IMG/VR virus record: IMGVR_UViG_3300037851_000284
Location: 128,001-192,000 of that record
Length of the DNA stretch: 64,000 nucleotides
Strand: one strand, 5' to 3'
DNA from: a virus
Taxonomy: Duplodnaviria; Caudoviricetes
Part shown: positions 19,812-33,000 of the stretch, piece by piece
Layout of the letters: the number at the start of each line of letters is the position of its first letter
Numbering within the stretch: position 1 is the first letter of the stretch
Translations under genes and position numbers: made by a program
Notes under the pieces: generated by a model
Databases searched by the model: none
Told to the model about the DNA's origin: nothing
Seen by the model: the letters and a program-made list of their open reading frames with translations, nothing else

Positions 19812-22800
19812 TTAATATGCCCAAGGAACGATTTGTTTATATAAGCCGTAATCTTTTGGATTCCAACCAGTAGTAGCATTTGCTTTAAATATGTCTCTAT
19901 AAGCCATATATTGTGTAATCGGTTGGTCTTTCATATCGGCTACGTTATGGTTCATTAATGTTTTTAAACTGGTATAATCAATACCATCAAATCCTGCCAT
20001 ATAGGGCATTCCATGATATAATAATGATGTGAAATTAATACAATCCCTACCCATAATATGCCCCATTTGGTCAAAGACTGCTTTATGATATTTTTTAATA
20101 GTTCCTATAGTACTATTATATACCTGCGTAACAAAACCTAAAGCAAGATAAGCTGGCTCTAAAGGAAAAGCACTACTAAATATTGACCTAAAATTAATAA
20201 AATCATATATTTGATTAATAGTTTGAACGTCTTGTACCTGAACAGGGTCTCTATCGTAAGTAATTAGATTGGGAGTTATTACTGTTCTAAACCCCCTATC
20301 AGGAGTGAAAGTATGAATTACTTCTTCTACCTCAACAACTCCATGCGTGTCGTTTGTATAATCCTGTATATGTAATATATCAAATGGTTTAATTGCTGGA
20401 TTACCTATAATTTCTATAGTTCCTTGGTACATTTTTTCAACTTCGTTCTTTAATAGGTTAACTCCTACTACAACGAAAGAAGGAAATCTATCCCATCTAG
20501 GGATATTTATATCACCAGCATTAGAACTATTATCTTTAGGATTAAATTTTTCCCTATGATAATCCTCAAAGAATTTAGTAGTTTTGGAATGTATATCAAA
20601 CCAGTTAGTATCTATATTTTTTTGATAACTATTTAAAGGTCTAGATGATTCGTCCTTTTGTTCTCCAAAGGCTTTGACCGTCCATAGACTTAGTTTTTTA
20701 CTAATATACTCGTCGTCCATATTATCTAGACTTGCGTTTTTAATCTTAGGTTCCCCAGTATAATATACGTTAACTAAGTTAGAAAAGTTACTATTTAAAG
20801 ATATATTATTAGCTATTATATTAGAAGTATCAGTAACTAAATGATGTGTTTGAATTTTTTTATACTGAGGATTACTTAATAATCTCTTATCAGTATTTGA
20901 GAATCTGTCCTGAACAGCATAAAACAACTCTGGTGTAAGAGGAGGAGATTTTGCGAAATTCTTAAGTCCTATTCTACTTTTTTGGGTTAATCCTTCTCCG
21001 TGTATTATGTTTAAGAATAACGCTAATCTAGGACCATAATTATTTCCTTCAGAAAAATTATAAGTAGATAATTCGTTTTCTGGAATAGGAGGAAGATTAC
21101 CAAACTTTATTAGATTTCCAACTAATTTATTAGTAGACGTATCAATAATCTTATTATTAGAAACCATATCCATTAGATTACTATATATATCAATTGAAGA
21201 ACCAACAGCCTGTGTTTGACTTAAAACATAGGCCGCCATCACAAGACAATTTATTCGATTCTGTAAGAAACTATATAATTTTCTTCCATTAGGGGTAAGA
21301 GTTATAGTAGGAGTTAGAACAGTTGTATATAAATAACTAAATACTATAATTTGACCTTTGTCGTCTTTGATTAGCGAATCAAAAGATGTATTTACGGCTT
21401 TTATTGATTCCCAAGTCTTTATAGCTTCTTCAACTTCTCTTATATTTAAACTAGATATACTGAACGCATCAGTATATTTATAATATCCTGCTTTATCTCC
21501 TATTACTAAAGTTTCTCTAATATGATTATTATTTGATAACGAGTCGTCATTAAAAGATTTAACAGTAACAATTTTATTTCTATGATATAAAGTAATTTCT
21601 TTTAAAGCATCCCACACGCTTTGATTAAATACTACCCAATCAAAGGTAGGATGATGATATATGTTAGTATTAGAACTATAATTTAAATATATATTTTCGT
21701 CTCTTGGATTATCCTGAGCAAAAGTTAGCGAAGAGGTAGCACCAATAAGATTACTTAGTAATAATCTATCTCCGAATTTTCCCCTAACATTACGAATATT
21801 TTTTCCTGTAAATGGTTGAATTCCATTAGCTAGACCAAACATCTCTGTTTTACCAAGTTTCTCTAATCCAGGAATTAAATCAAGTATAGCGGAAGCTACA
21901 TCACCGTGTTCTCTAGATGTTGATAATAGACCGAATTTCTCTGCTACTATTTGATGATTAAGCTGGGCGCCAAAACTTTGACACACCAATTCTACATTAG
22001 GCCCATTGTTCATTTCTATTATTCTTCCTTGGAATACAGAAGTTAATAGATTATCATAGGGAGCATAACCCATTTTTATTATTATACCTGTTCCAGGTTT
22101 AAGGTCTAGTGTTCCAAAGAACAGATTATCAGGCTCGCCTTTTTGACCTATAGAGTAACCAAACAACTTCTCAGATTCTCTTAATAGAGACATTCTATCT
22201 GTAAGATTACCAGTAATGTTACTTAATCTAATAATAGCAGTAGTGCTCGGAGAATTTTTATTTGATATTATCTCTATAGACTGAATAGCATTATGAGTAT
22301 AATAATCATCAAAGTTTCTAATTAATCCTTTATCTTCTTCGACAAAAAAGATCTTAAAGGTAGGAAACATTTTAATAGTAGTATTTTTATTTAGGTTATC
22401 ACTATTATTAAAATCTTTTAGAATTTTAACTTTTCTATCATTTTCTTCTTGGGTTCTGAAATTCCAAAAATCTAGATAACCTATTTCTGGTATGGTTGAA
22501 AAATCTATATTTTGTTTACCATTTGGCGCAGCAACAGCGTCTTTAAGAACAGTATTTAATCTAATAAAAAACCCTATTTTATTGTACAAATAGTTTTCTA
22601 ATCTATAAATTCCAGGAAGAGCTACAAACTTTTCGTTATAAGTTTCAGCTAATCCATTAACATTTTGACTTCTTAAATGTTTTGCAATCTCTTTTTGTTC
22701 TTGAGTTATATTTTTCTTACTAGTATAATTTGTCTGTTCCAATAACTCAGAAGTCATATTTTCAGCATTTATTAATATGGATTCTATAACCGAATGTAGT

Positions 22801-25800
22801 TTTTGTATACTGGCTTCTTCCGTTGTACCCTTAGATAAGAAAGATTGATTATCATACTTAGAATCGGTTCTATTTGCCTTATTATTTTTATATAAAACTT
22901 GTTTAATTAAGGTATTTTTGTTAATCTTTTTAAGCATATAATCATTAATGACATTATAAACTTCCATTAATTCTATAAGAGTCTTCATTCTAGCAGTATA
23001 GATAAGATTAAATTTTCTAACATCCATGTTATCAGCAACTAATCCTTTAGAAGATTTTTCTAATTTAGCTTGTAGACGTTTTCTTTCATTAACATAATCT
23101 TTATTATTTTTATTGTTTTTATCGAAATCGTTTAAAATTCTTTGATTTACATCACTTATTATTTTCTGCTCGTTTACATTATTTTTACACATAGAAATAA
23201 CATCTCGTGTATATTTTAATATGTCTATTAATTGATCAATACTATCAGTATTAAACATAGTATTTAGATCTGATGTAATAATTTTTGAAGCAGAAGTTTT
23301 AACCTCGTCTTTTAGATTAGAAGAGTTGTTAATTAATTGATTATATCTACCCAATAACTCAGATGCTTCTGTAAAAGTCATCATAGCACATAATTTACCA
23401 ACCTTAGCATATCTCTTTAAAGAAGCATCAATATATATTCTCTTCTCGACTCCATCCATAATTGGATTAAATAAATAAAAATCAGGACCAATAATAATAT
23501 CATTATTATAAATTGGAATATCAAAGTCGTTATAACAATTTAGTGGAGTTAATTTTCTATTAGCTTCTATAGATTTATATGTTGGTTCTCCAACTATATC
23601 AGGAGTTATAAACTTATTATATACTGTTGGATCCCTTAAAATTTTCTCTGAAAAATCCCTGAATATATTATTAGCAAATTCATCTTCTAGTGAACTAAAG
23701 AACGAATCAAACTTATTGATTAATTTTTCCTTAACTTCTCCCTGTAAGGATTGGACAAATGTTTTTAAAAAAACATTACCTAAATAGTTTGAAAATCCTA
23801 ATACCGTTCCAAATATAGACAATTGAACGGCGTTAGGAGCTTTTAAATCGTGAGTAGCATAGTAAACCATCTTTTGGAAGAAAGTTCTATTTGGTTCGAT
23901 GATAAGTTTAATAGCTTCACTTTTTTGATAAAGCAATACATCAAGTCTTGATAATATATAATCAATTATTTTTCTAAATTCAGGAGAGTTAGAAACTAAA
24001 TTATTAATAGCTTCTGTCGAAATTGTATCTATTTGTTCTTCTATGTCTAATTGCTCTTTTAGACCGTTCTTTATTTTTTGAGCTGTTTCTGCTCCAATAA
24101 TCGACGACCACTGACTTGTTCCCGCTTGTGGAACCGTTGATGTTGAAGTATAAAAAGGAATAAACCTACTAATTCCTTTGGTAGCACTGCTTTCTTTTTC
24201 TGCTTGTTTAATATATTTTTCAATACTATCTCCATACACTTTTAAAAATCTTATTCTAACAAGTTCATTAAGAGTTAGTTGTAATTCTTCAGATTTGATA
24301 TTTTCCGGAGTTTTGGATTTCTTTAAATATTTTACTACCTTGAAATTTTCTCCATTTCTTTCCAATCGTGCTATTATATTAGCTATTTGTTCTACGGCTT
24401 TATCATTAGTGGGAACCCTAGATATATTGTGATAATCAGATATAGTAAAGTTAGCTTGCGTAAAATTTACAGTAGTATTCCACGAATTAGGCTGACCGTC
24501 TATAGTAACAGTATTAGAAGAATCAAATACTACTTTTTTTATACCAAAACAATTAAATATAAATCCTTGTCTTTCTTCGTTATTATCAGTAGGAGCAAAT
24601 ATGGTTAGTCTACTATCTAAATAGGTTGCTAATTCTGGAGCCGTCATCATTATAATCTTTATCGAGTCTCTTAGTCTTGTGGATAATAACGATAATTGGG
24701 TTTTTAAATCATCTGTAACATCTGGTTTTTCTGATGTAGAAGTTATAGATAATGATAATACAGCATCATCAGAACCTATATGCTGATAATAAGGTTGATC
24801 ATAGGCCTGTAAATTTATTGGTACAAATTTATTAGAGAATATTAAAGACCAATCGGTTATAATATCTTTTCTATTATCTATTTCTACTGTATATTCTTTT
24901 AATGGAAGCCTATTTACTTTAAAAATATCATTATCTGAGGAAGGAGAAATTACTAATAGATTAGAATCTTCTCCTGTAAATTCAGATATAATTGATTGTG
25001 CTATAATTTTCATACATGCTGAGAAGTCTTTTCTTCTCTGGCCTGTGGAATCAGCACTAATCCACTCGAATATTTTATTTATTTCAGCATCAAGAGTTCT
25101 TACACCAAACCCATTATCGATTCCTTTATTAACTGAGTTGTACGTTAATAAAGTTTTAAGTCCTACGGCGTCGCTCCCAGCCACTGAAAACTTCCCCTGT
25201 ATTAAATTCCAAGTATCTTGTGTTGCTTCCAACATCGGACTTAATCCAATTTTAGCTAATCCTCCTTGAATAAAATAATCCAGCAAGTTTCTTATAGGGT
25301 GATCGTCTTGAGTATCTAGAGTGATATTATATCTTGCTAAAATTTCTGGAATCTGATTAGTGATTGCGCTTATCTTAGCTGTATTAAATTCAAAAAAATC
25401 TTTTGTAGTATAAAAAGTATTTACTAATTCTTTCCATAATTCGTCTCTATTAGTTGTGGCATTATATAAGGTTGTTAATTCAGATAACAATCTTTCTTGT
25501 TCGGTCAATCTTTGTTCTGATATAACTTTACTTATTGTTGAAAAATCATCACTAATAGCTCTGTATTTAATATATACAGGAACTTTATTATCTTCCTCGT
25601 TATATTCGTGTAGTCTGTTTTCAGGATTAGTTGGTCTAAATTTTGTAATATCGTATGAAGATGATACTCTACTTCCATCACTAGAAACTGGGTATATAAC
25701 TTGGCCTAAATTGTCTTTTATCTCGGTCCTTTCTGCAATTAAGGATTGATAAAATGCCCTGAATGGTAGACTGTTTCTAAAATCATAATCGCTTCTAATA

Positions 25801-26861
25801 CTTCCTATAATTAAATCCGAAAACCTTTCTGGAACAACCGATTGTTCATATAATTTTGCTTCAGATTTTCTTATGATATCATCTAATTCCTTATTCCTGT
25901 ATAATAATGCCTGTTGTCTTTCGACATCTCTCATAGATAATAACGCGGAAAATTTTTCGGTGATTCCGCGACAATCAAAAGGAAGAATAGTAATTGCTGC
26001 TTGTAGGGTATTAGGAAATCCTCGTACAGATTGTATTTGTATACTCTCTAGAGCTATTGAAAGCCACTCATCTTCATGTAATAATGTTTTAAAGAAATTA
26101 CATATATCTTTGTTTCGAAGATTAACGAAAGGAGCGCGTCTATACATCGCGTATAAATTTAATAACTGATAATTAATTGAGTCTTGATTTGGAAATATAA
26201 GAGTTATAGATATATTTTTTACCTGTCCGACCGTCGGAATTTTAGGGTTACCTTGAGTTCTAATTGTCGGAAAATACTGGTATCCATTTTGAGTATTAAA
26301 TGATATTTGAGTAGGATCAACTAAAAATATTAAGTCTCCTATTTGGAGGGCACCGTCTCCTAAAGAATCAAAAATGATATCATTATCAGCATCTTGAATA
26401 CGTACTTCTTTTTCATCTAGAATTCTATGCGTTTTATTATCAGTACTTTGAACTATTTCCATTGATATTTTTTTAATTCTAGATTCTAATTTATCATCTA
26501 CAAGTTTAATAGGACGAATAACATTAAATTGTCTCATTCCGTCTACTATAAAATTATTTATTATTGAATCTGGTATTCTAGGCCATGTTGTCGGAGGTTC
26601 ATAAGGAACTGATTGAGTTACAACATAAAATTTATTTGCAACTAATATGTCTCCTCCTTGAATAAAATTAACACAAACTTTATCATATAAATTTACATCT
26701 ATTCCAAGATATTGTTTATAAACTTCAGTTATATAGTGATTTATATTTGTAGATTGAGTATTAGTATCATTACTTGAATAAGCGGTTTTAAGTTCTTTAT
26801 AAGGACTTTTATTTGTTAAAATGTAATTTAGAGTGTCGCCTATAACTTGTGGATCTATCAT
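19812..26861 (-). CDS. Giant baseplate hub-like protein (2349 aa)
   Basis: The C-terminal third has hub (gp27/gpD-like) patterns: IQSIEIIS...TAIIRLSN, LKPGTGIIIKMGY...VFQGRI..M...VELVCQSFG and GTIEIIGNPAIKPFD...VEEVIHTF...GFRTVITP. Confidence 0.65.
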   Translation of the reverse strand: MIDPQVIGDTLNYILTNKSPYKELKTAYSSNDTNTQSTNINHYITEVYKQYLGIDVNLYDKVCVNFIQGGDILVANKFYVVTQSVPYEPPTTWPRIPDSIINNFIVDGMRQFNVIRPIKLVDDKLESRIKKISMEIVQSTDNKTHRILDEKEVRIQDADNDIIFDSLGDGALQIGDLIFLVDPTQISFNTQNGYQYFPTIRTQGNPKIPTVGQVKNISITLIFPNQDSINYQLLNLYAMYRRAPFVNLRNKDICNFFKTLLHEDEWLSIALESIQIQSVRGFPNTLQAAITILPFDCRGITEKFSALLSMRDVERQQALLYRNKELDDIIRKSEAKLYEQSVVPERFSDLIIGSIRSDYDFRNSLPFRAFYQSLIAERTEIKDNLGQVIYPVSSDGSRVSSSYDITKFRPTNPENRLHEYNEEDNKVPVYIKYRAISDDFSTISKVISEQRLTEQERLLSELTTLYNATTNRDELWKELVNTFYTTKDFFEFNTAKISAITNQIPEILARYNITLDTQDDHPIRNLLDYFIQGGLAKIGLSPMLEATQDTWNLIQGKFSVAGSDAVGLKTLLTYNSVNKGIDNGFGVRTLDAEINKIFEWISADSTGQRRKDFSACMKIIAQSIISEFTGEDSNLLVISPSSDNDIFKVNRLPLKEYTVEIDNRKDIITDWSLIFSNKFVPINLQAYDQPYYQHIGSDDAVLSLSITSTSEKPDVTDDLKTQLSLLSTRLRDSIKIIMMTAPELATYLDSRLTIFAPTDNNEERQGFIFNCFGIKKVVFDSSNTVTIDGQPNSWNTTVNFTQANFTISDYHNISRVPTNDKAVEQIANIIARLERNGENFKVVKYLKKSKTPENIKSEELQLTLNELVRIRFLKVYGDSIEKYIKQAEKESSATKGISRFIPFYTSTSTVPQAGTSQWSSIIGAETAQKIKNGLKEQLDIEEQIDTISTEAINNLVSNSPEFRKIIDYILSRLDVLLYQKSEAIKLIIEPNRTFFQKMVYYATHDLKAPNAVQLSIFGTVLGFSNYLGNVFLKTFVQSLQGEVKEKLINKFDSFFSSLEDEFANNIFRDFSEKILRDPTVYNKFITPDIVGEPTYKSIEANRKLTPLNCYNDFDIPIYNNDIIIGPDFYLFNPIMDGVEKRIYIDASLKRYAKVGKLCAMMTFTEASELLGRYNQLINNSSNLKDEVKTSASKIITSDLNTMFNTDSIDQLIDILKYTRDVISMCKNNVNEQKIISDVNQRILNDFDKNNKNNKDYVNERKRLQAKLEKSSKGLVADNMDVRKFNLIYTARMKTLIELMEVYNVINDYMLKKINKNTLIKQVLYKNNKANRTDSKYDNQSFLSKGTTEEASIQKLHSVIESILINAENMTSELLEQTNYTSKKNITQEQKEIAKHLRSQNVNGLAETYNEKFVALPGIYRLENYLYNKIGFFIRLNTVLKDAVAAPNGKQNIDFSTIPEIGYLDFWNFRTQEENDRKVKILKDFNNSDNLNKNTTIKMFPTFKIFFVEEDKGLIRNFDDYYTHNAIQSIEIISNKNSPSTTAIIRLSNITGNLTDRMSLLRESEKLFGYSIGQKGEPDNLFFGTLDLKPGTGIIIKMGYAPYDNLLTSVFQGRIIEMNNGPNVELVCQSFGAQLNHQIVAEKFGLLSTSREHGDVASAILDLIPGLEKLGKTEMFGLANGIQPFTGKNIRNVRGKFGDRLLLSNLIGATSSLTFAQDNPRDENIYLNYSSNTNIYHHPTFDWVVFNQSVWDALKEITLYHRNKIVTVKSFNDDSLSNNNHIRETLVIGDKAGYYKYTDAFSISSLNIREVEEAIKTWESIKAVNTSFDSLIKDDKGQIIVFSYLYTTVLTPTITLTPNGRKLYSFLQNRINCLVMAAYVLSQTQAVGSSIDIYSNLMDMVSNNKIIDTSTNKLVGNLIKFGNLPPIPENELSTYNFSEGNNYGPRLALFLNIIHGEGLTQKSRIGLKNFAKSPPLTPELFYAVQDRFSNTDKRLLSNPQYKKIQTHHLVTDTSNIIANNISLNSNFSNLVNVYYTGEPKIKNASLDNMDDEYISKKLSLWTVKAFGEQKDESSRPLNSYQKNIDTNWFDIHSKTTKFFEDYHREKFNPKDNSSNAGDINIPRWDRFPSFVVVGVNLLKNEVEKMYQGTIEIIGNPAIKPFDILHIQDYTNDTHGVVEVEEVIHTFTPDRGFRTVITPNLITYDRDPVQVQDVQTINQIYDFINFRSIFSSAFPLEPAYLALGFVTQVYNSTIGTIKKYHKAVFDQMGHIMGRDCINFTSLLYHGMPYMAGFDGIDYTSLKTLMNHNVADMKDQPITQYMAYRDIFKANATTGWNPKDYGLYKQIVPWAY

Positions 26862-26864
26862 TAA

Positions 26865-27047
26865 TTATTCCTTAATCTTGTCTATATTAACAGGATTTAT
26901 AGAAATAGGGTCATCGACTTCCCTAATCGAAATTACTGTTTCTAATCCAGTAATATTAGATACTTGATCTTTAATAGTTTTAATATAGGTATTATAATCT
27001 ATTCCGTCAGGTAAGTCTATGATAATAGAGGCTCTTATAGAACTCAT
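26865..27047 (-). CDS. Small hypothetical protein (60 aa)
   Basis: Fills the gap between two giant genes, coupled at both ends. Confidence 0.5.
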   Translation of the reverse strand: MSSIRASIIIDLPDGIDYNTYIKTIKDQVSNITGLETVISIREVDDPISINPVNIDKIKE

Positions 27048-30000
27048 TATCCATATTTCCTATCCAATTGTGATGAACCAAAGCTTGGTATACTTGTAGT
27101 ATAGTTAGAATATATAAGGTTCGGCTTTGTTTTCCACTCATTTAACAACGGGTTAGAATTACTATAAGAGTTCTTTAAGATATTATTTATTATATTACTA
27201 CGTTGTTTTTTATCATTCATTTTGTTTAATCGTATAAATGCTTCTTTTGAGAAGGAAGCATTAACGGTGTCCAAAGGAACCCGTCTATCAAGTTCTAAAT
27301 CAGATAGTATTCCGTTATGATTTCCATTAATATCAGAACCTAAATCAACAAACCCGTCTAGAGGATTTAATGAATTAGACATTTGGTTTGGTCTAAAAAA
27401 ATTAGCAGCTAGAAATACTGCCGCTCCTATAGCTCCAAATTTTCCAGTAGTTTTAGTAAAATTAATTGCTCTAGGATATTCTCTTAGAATCCTTGATCCA
27501 AAGCTTTCTGCTGCCTCATTAAAATTAATGTTTTCATAAGGCTCGCCTATTTTAAGTTTATCTAATATACTAATAGCTTTATTCAGTTCTGTTTGTTCAC
27601 TAATCCAAGCCTTTGATTCTCCCTTTGTTCCAAACTTTTGATGATATTTTATTATTCCTTCAGTTAATAGTTGATGAGCCTTATCTCTTTCTTCGTTTGT
27701 TTCAAAATAATCAGATAAGATATCCTTTAACGCTAAACGTGTCTCTGGATTTTTATTATATGGATTTGTTAATGCTGCTACTGCTAAAGAAATTCTCTTA
27801 ATTTTATCGACTCCGTGCTTAATCATGCTAATTGGTAGTTGTTCCATTCCAGCCAATCCAGTAGTTAATGATGTTCCTATAAACTTATTTAAAGTAAGAG
27901 TGTTATTTTTAGATAAGCTATCCATCTGCATTATTTGTCTACCTCTGGTTTCTAATATATTTGTGAATATACCAACTGCTCTTTTAGAAACAGACATCAA
28001 GGCTGATTCGTCCACCATCTTTTTAACTATATCATTAGTAACTACACTTGGATCCCTAGTTGAAATTTTTTCAACCATATCTATTAGATTTCTAAAGTTT
28101 CCTTTAATAGCATCTTCTGCGTCTTGACTTCCTAGTTCTACGGTTTTCTCGCTAATTCTTCCCGTTTCTCTATCAAAATATCCAACTCTAGCTTTTGAAT
28201 TTTCAAAACCAATAATTTTTCTTTGTTCACTTATAGCATCTCGAACCGTTTTAAATTTACCGTTCTCTTTTATCTTAGTATTTAATATATCAATAAATGA
28301 CCTGTTAACAGATTCGTGTAAGTTTAACAATTCTTTTTCTGTATTAAAAGCATGTACCACTCCAAACATTTGGTCTCCGTCAACGTCTCCTCCAACCAAC
28401 TTCCAATATTCTGCAGCAACTGCTATTCTATTAATATCCATTCCAAAATAACTTGCTATTTCTTTAGGAACAACATTGAATCTAGCTGTTAAAAAAGGAT
28501 TGGTTCCAGAAGGAGTATAAGGAGGACGAGTAATAAAACCAGTAAATTTTCTATGCATCCATGCTCTATTTTTAATTTCAGAACCGAACACATTACTTAT
28601 TCTATCATAAAAATTTTTGGTTTGGAGAAATTCAGATTCTTTAACATCAAATTCGAACTTTTTAAAAGTTTCTTCATGAACCATAACATCATGTAGTGAA
28701 AAGTCATTAACTACGTTTCTAGTCCACTTATCTAGAAACTCTGCGTGCTTTCCTTTAAATCCTCTTGCTCCCCAACCTTCAGAATCCATAATATCTTTAA
28801 GTCTTAAATATAAAGAATTAGCATCTTGAGCAGAAGCAGCAAACCCTTGAGGAAGATGGAGGTCTGTTTCAGAATTATATACATGCCTTAGTAAATATGT
28901 AAGATATTGTTTTTTAAGGAAATCTACAGATTCGCCAACAACCTTAGAATCTTCTTTTTTCATATTTTTTTCTGCCATCATATATGCAAGAAGAACATCA
29001 TCCATTAATTTAGTACTTCTGGTAGAAAATCCAAAAGCTGTTCCCTTTTTATTCTCCTTAGATACTAAGTTAATAACATTTTCGTGATGAGCAGGAGCTT
29101 CCATTAAAAGATATTTTAATTTAACAGTCTTATTAGTTTTATCAACTTCTGCTACAAAACTATCTTTCTTTTTCTTTAGTTTATCAAAGATATTTAATAC
29201 TTCATCCGTAGATGGCAATTCGTCTTTTGTGGCAATTTGATGTAACAAGCTCTCTATATCTAGAGTTATTGTATTACCTAATTTAGGATTAACTGATAAT
29301 GCAAACACTCCTTTCTTTTGAGCTAACATAGCTCTTTGTTGCGCCGATTCTAAAGACATAATAGTTCTGTTCTTGGGATCTATTACGGCTTTAGCAAAAT
29401 TATCATTCTCCATATCATCAATTATTTCTCCAGCAACCTTTAACTTTTCTTCTTCAGAATTCTCATTAATAATATCAGATACTTTTTCAATTAATTCATT
29501 TTTTTCATCGTCTCCAAAATTATATCTTTTAAGTGCTTCTAACGATAATCCTTTTTTAATATCTAATATATCATCTATCTCCTCCAGACTTAACGTTTTC
29601 ATTGTGCCAATATTAATCATTTTTAACTGGAGTCGCCTAAAGGATCTAATAGCATCTCCAAGTTTACCAGATATTCTATGTGCTCTAGCCATTTCTATTA
29701 TCTTTAAAGAAGTAGTATCTAATGCTCCCAGATGGGCTTTTTGTAATATATTTCTTCTTACTTTTATACGCGCGGGTCTAGCTTCAGTCCCATTCATTAT
29801 AGCATAAAAACTAAATCTATCAGGATGTTCTATTCCTATATCCCATTTTCCTCTACCTTTATATTTCTGTCTTGCCTCAAATAACATAGGAACTAATTTA
29901 CCTGTTCTAATAGCTTCTAAATCCGGTAAGATTAATTCATTATAGAAAGTATTATCGAAAGCTTTGTCCTTAAAAACGGCGCTAGCCAATCTAGCTGATT

Positions 30001-33000
30001 TGTTTTCGTCTTTAGATATTTCTTCAAGATAATTATTATATATGTTGCGTATGTTCTTTTTAGCGTTTTCTACTCCACCTAAAGCATTATAATAATTTTC
30101 TGCCCTTTCTGTCGTCCAAACTTGTCCAGTATCGATCATGAAAGATCTTAATTCTTCAGTAGTTAGAGAAACGTTTCCAAAGAATTTATGAGCAGCATTA
30201 ATCAAATTAACATCAGTAACGTTAGGAAACGAGCCAAGATGCGACGACCGATGTATAGGTATTTTGGTTATATCATGTATATCGGAATTCATCTTTGCCG
30301 CCCAATATTTAAGCTTTTGTTCGGCTACTACTTGTTCTTGAATAGTACCGTTTTCCATTACATTCAGCAAGTGGTCAAATCCCTTCATAACAGTAATGGT
30401 TTTCATTGGTCCAACATAACCCTTCTCTAGAAACTGGGCTGGACCAAATCCCTGCACTCCACCATACATTTTTTCTCGGGTAATCATATCCATGAATACA
30501 GATACTGCTTTACCACTAAGTCCTTTACCAACCATTGATACCCTATCTTTATCCGTGATAACATATTTGATATCAGCCATCATTTTAATAGAACCAGCAC
30601 TATCATTCCAGATATTTAATTTAGTAATTCTTCCATTAACAGGAGCATTAAAACTAATTTTTCCCAAATCTCCTCTCGAAGCCATATACTTTGTTCCCTT
30701 TGGAATTTTTGTAAGTCCTTCGTTTTCCTGTATAACTTCATAAGCCGCATAGTCATAATCGTCCTTGGTTAGAGCACTACCTTTTTTACTTTTAATTACT
30801 CTTAACTTTTCTTTAATCTTTCCCTCAAGTTTAAGAACTTGATAATTAAAACTAGGATCCTCGGCCCTAGAAGAAACATCAGAAAGATTAACTCCTATAT
30901 CAGTATGCTCAAGATTAACATCTTTAAATATTTCAGAAGTAAGATGATGTCCTCCTTCTTGGCTTCCAAAGTTAGAAATAGTTGAAAAATATTTTACCAT
31001 AACTGTATTACTAAATAAATGAGTCATAGCATCTGCGTCTCTGCCAAAACTCATAAAGTCTAATTCTCCTCTAGATATCCATGGAGGGATAATCTTACGG
31101 GCATATTTTCTTAACACGAGAGGATCTAATCTTTCATTCATGGATTTGCTATGTAGACCAGCGACTACAGCAGAAGTTCCCATCATAAATTGGTTAGCTT
31201 GTTTTGCTGGAGGATAATCTGGAATGGGTAAAAAATGTCTAGTAGTAAATATAGAGAAAGCATATTTAGCCGCTTGACCAGAAGATAATGCTGTAGAAGA
31301 AGGAATAAATCCAAATAAGTTTGTCATTTCTATATCTCTAGCATCTTTTATTTGGTCGTCAAACGACTTAAATGCGTGATAAGAATTATATTTATATTCT
31401 AACTCTTCATATGCCGAATCAAATTGTTTTTTTCCTTTATGATATTTTTCCAATTCGTGACCTAATAATAAATGTAATAACATACTGTCGGTTCCAGCAT
31501 CGTGAGCAAATAGAGTTTTGTCATTATTTAATTTTTTTAATAAGGCAGTACTAACCACTAAATTACTTTGTGGTCTACCTCTCAAAGTATTTATTGCTTC
31601 TATAATATTATTACTTGTTTCAAAATTATGAGCAGATAAACCTTTTTCTTTCATCATTAGCTTTAATAAATTAGTTTGAGACAATGACTCTACTCCACCA
31701 ACCACTACTCTATTAATTTCTACAATTCCATGAACGTCTATATGACTAATATTAGCATATTTTTTAAGTTTGCTAAAACCGATGGGGTCCTTAGATTCTA
31801 AAATTTCAAGCATTTTGAAATCGTAATAGGTTCCGAATTTAGAAGTAAGATATATAGGTTTGTCAGGATTTTCTTCAACAACCCTGATTATTTTTTCTAC
31901 CAAATGTCTTGCGATATCGTTGTTATCTTTAAAATCTCTTCCCTGAGTTTTTGTTAACGATTTTATTTTTTCTCCCCATTTGTTAATAATATCTTCTGGG
32001 GATCTACCTCTTAATTCATTTTTTTCTTGAGCACTAAGATATGTATCTCTTATCCATTCTGCCTGCTCCATATCAAATGGAAGCTCTTTCATTTTATCAA
32101 CACCGTGACTGCTAAAAAACTTTTGCATATCATGTAAAGTTACTTTTCCAGTAGAACTAATATCTGCCACTGAAAATCCAGCTTGAGTTATTTGTGTATG
32201 AGCGTCAGTTATTTGAACATTGGGACCAGCTTTCTTATTAGAAATAGTTTCTAAGTCCACACTTATTACCAGAGCCCCATCAGTTAATCGAGCTAGTCTT
32301 TTGAATCCTTGTAAGTCTTTTAGGTTATTACCCCATTTTAATTTATTAGATACTCGCTCATCCCTATAATAAAACATTCCTTGTTTTATTGGGTCTCTAT
32401 TAGTTGTTTCGATTCTACTAGCAACCTCAAGAGTATCTCTCATTATAAAATTAAACCTACTAAAAGCATGTTCTGGGTTATATTTAAAATCACTAGATAG
32501 ATTGCTTTTTATATACCTAATCAAATTTCTTATAGTAGCCTGTGTCATATTCATATAAGGCATTTTTTTATTTATAGGCGCAGGGTCAGGAATCTTAACA
32601 TCATATTTTTGAACTCCATATGGAGATGTTGCTGGTAATATTCCATATTGAGCCAAAGGAATATTTAAAACTTTTTCTTTCCCTCGAGCAACGTGTTTTG
32701 CTGAAAATCTCAAATAATATCTGGGACTCTCCTTAGGACCATCTTGAATTATAGCTAAACTATGAGATTCAAATCCATTATCTTCGGTAGCTATTTCTTC
32801 CAATGCTGCCATTAAACTTTTAATATCATTGGTATAATCAAATTCTCCTAATAACTTAAATTCTGGCGTAATTGGAATAAATTTCCTACTATATAGAGAT
32901 GAAGATGTTACTGGTTTTCTTTTTAGTTCTTCGTTTGATAATACGGTTTTAACTTTATATTTATTTATTTTCCCAATATAGCGAAGATTAGCTCCTATAT

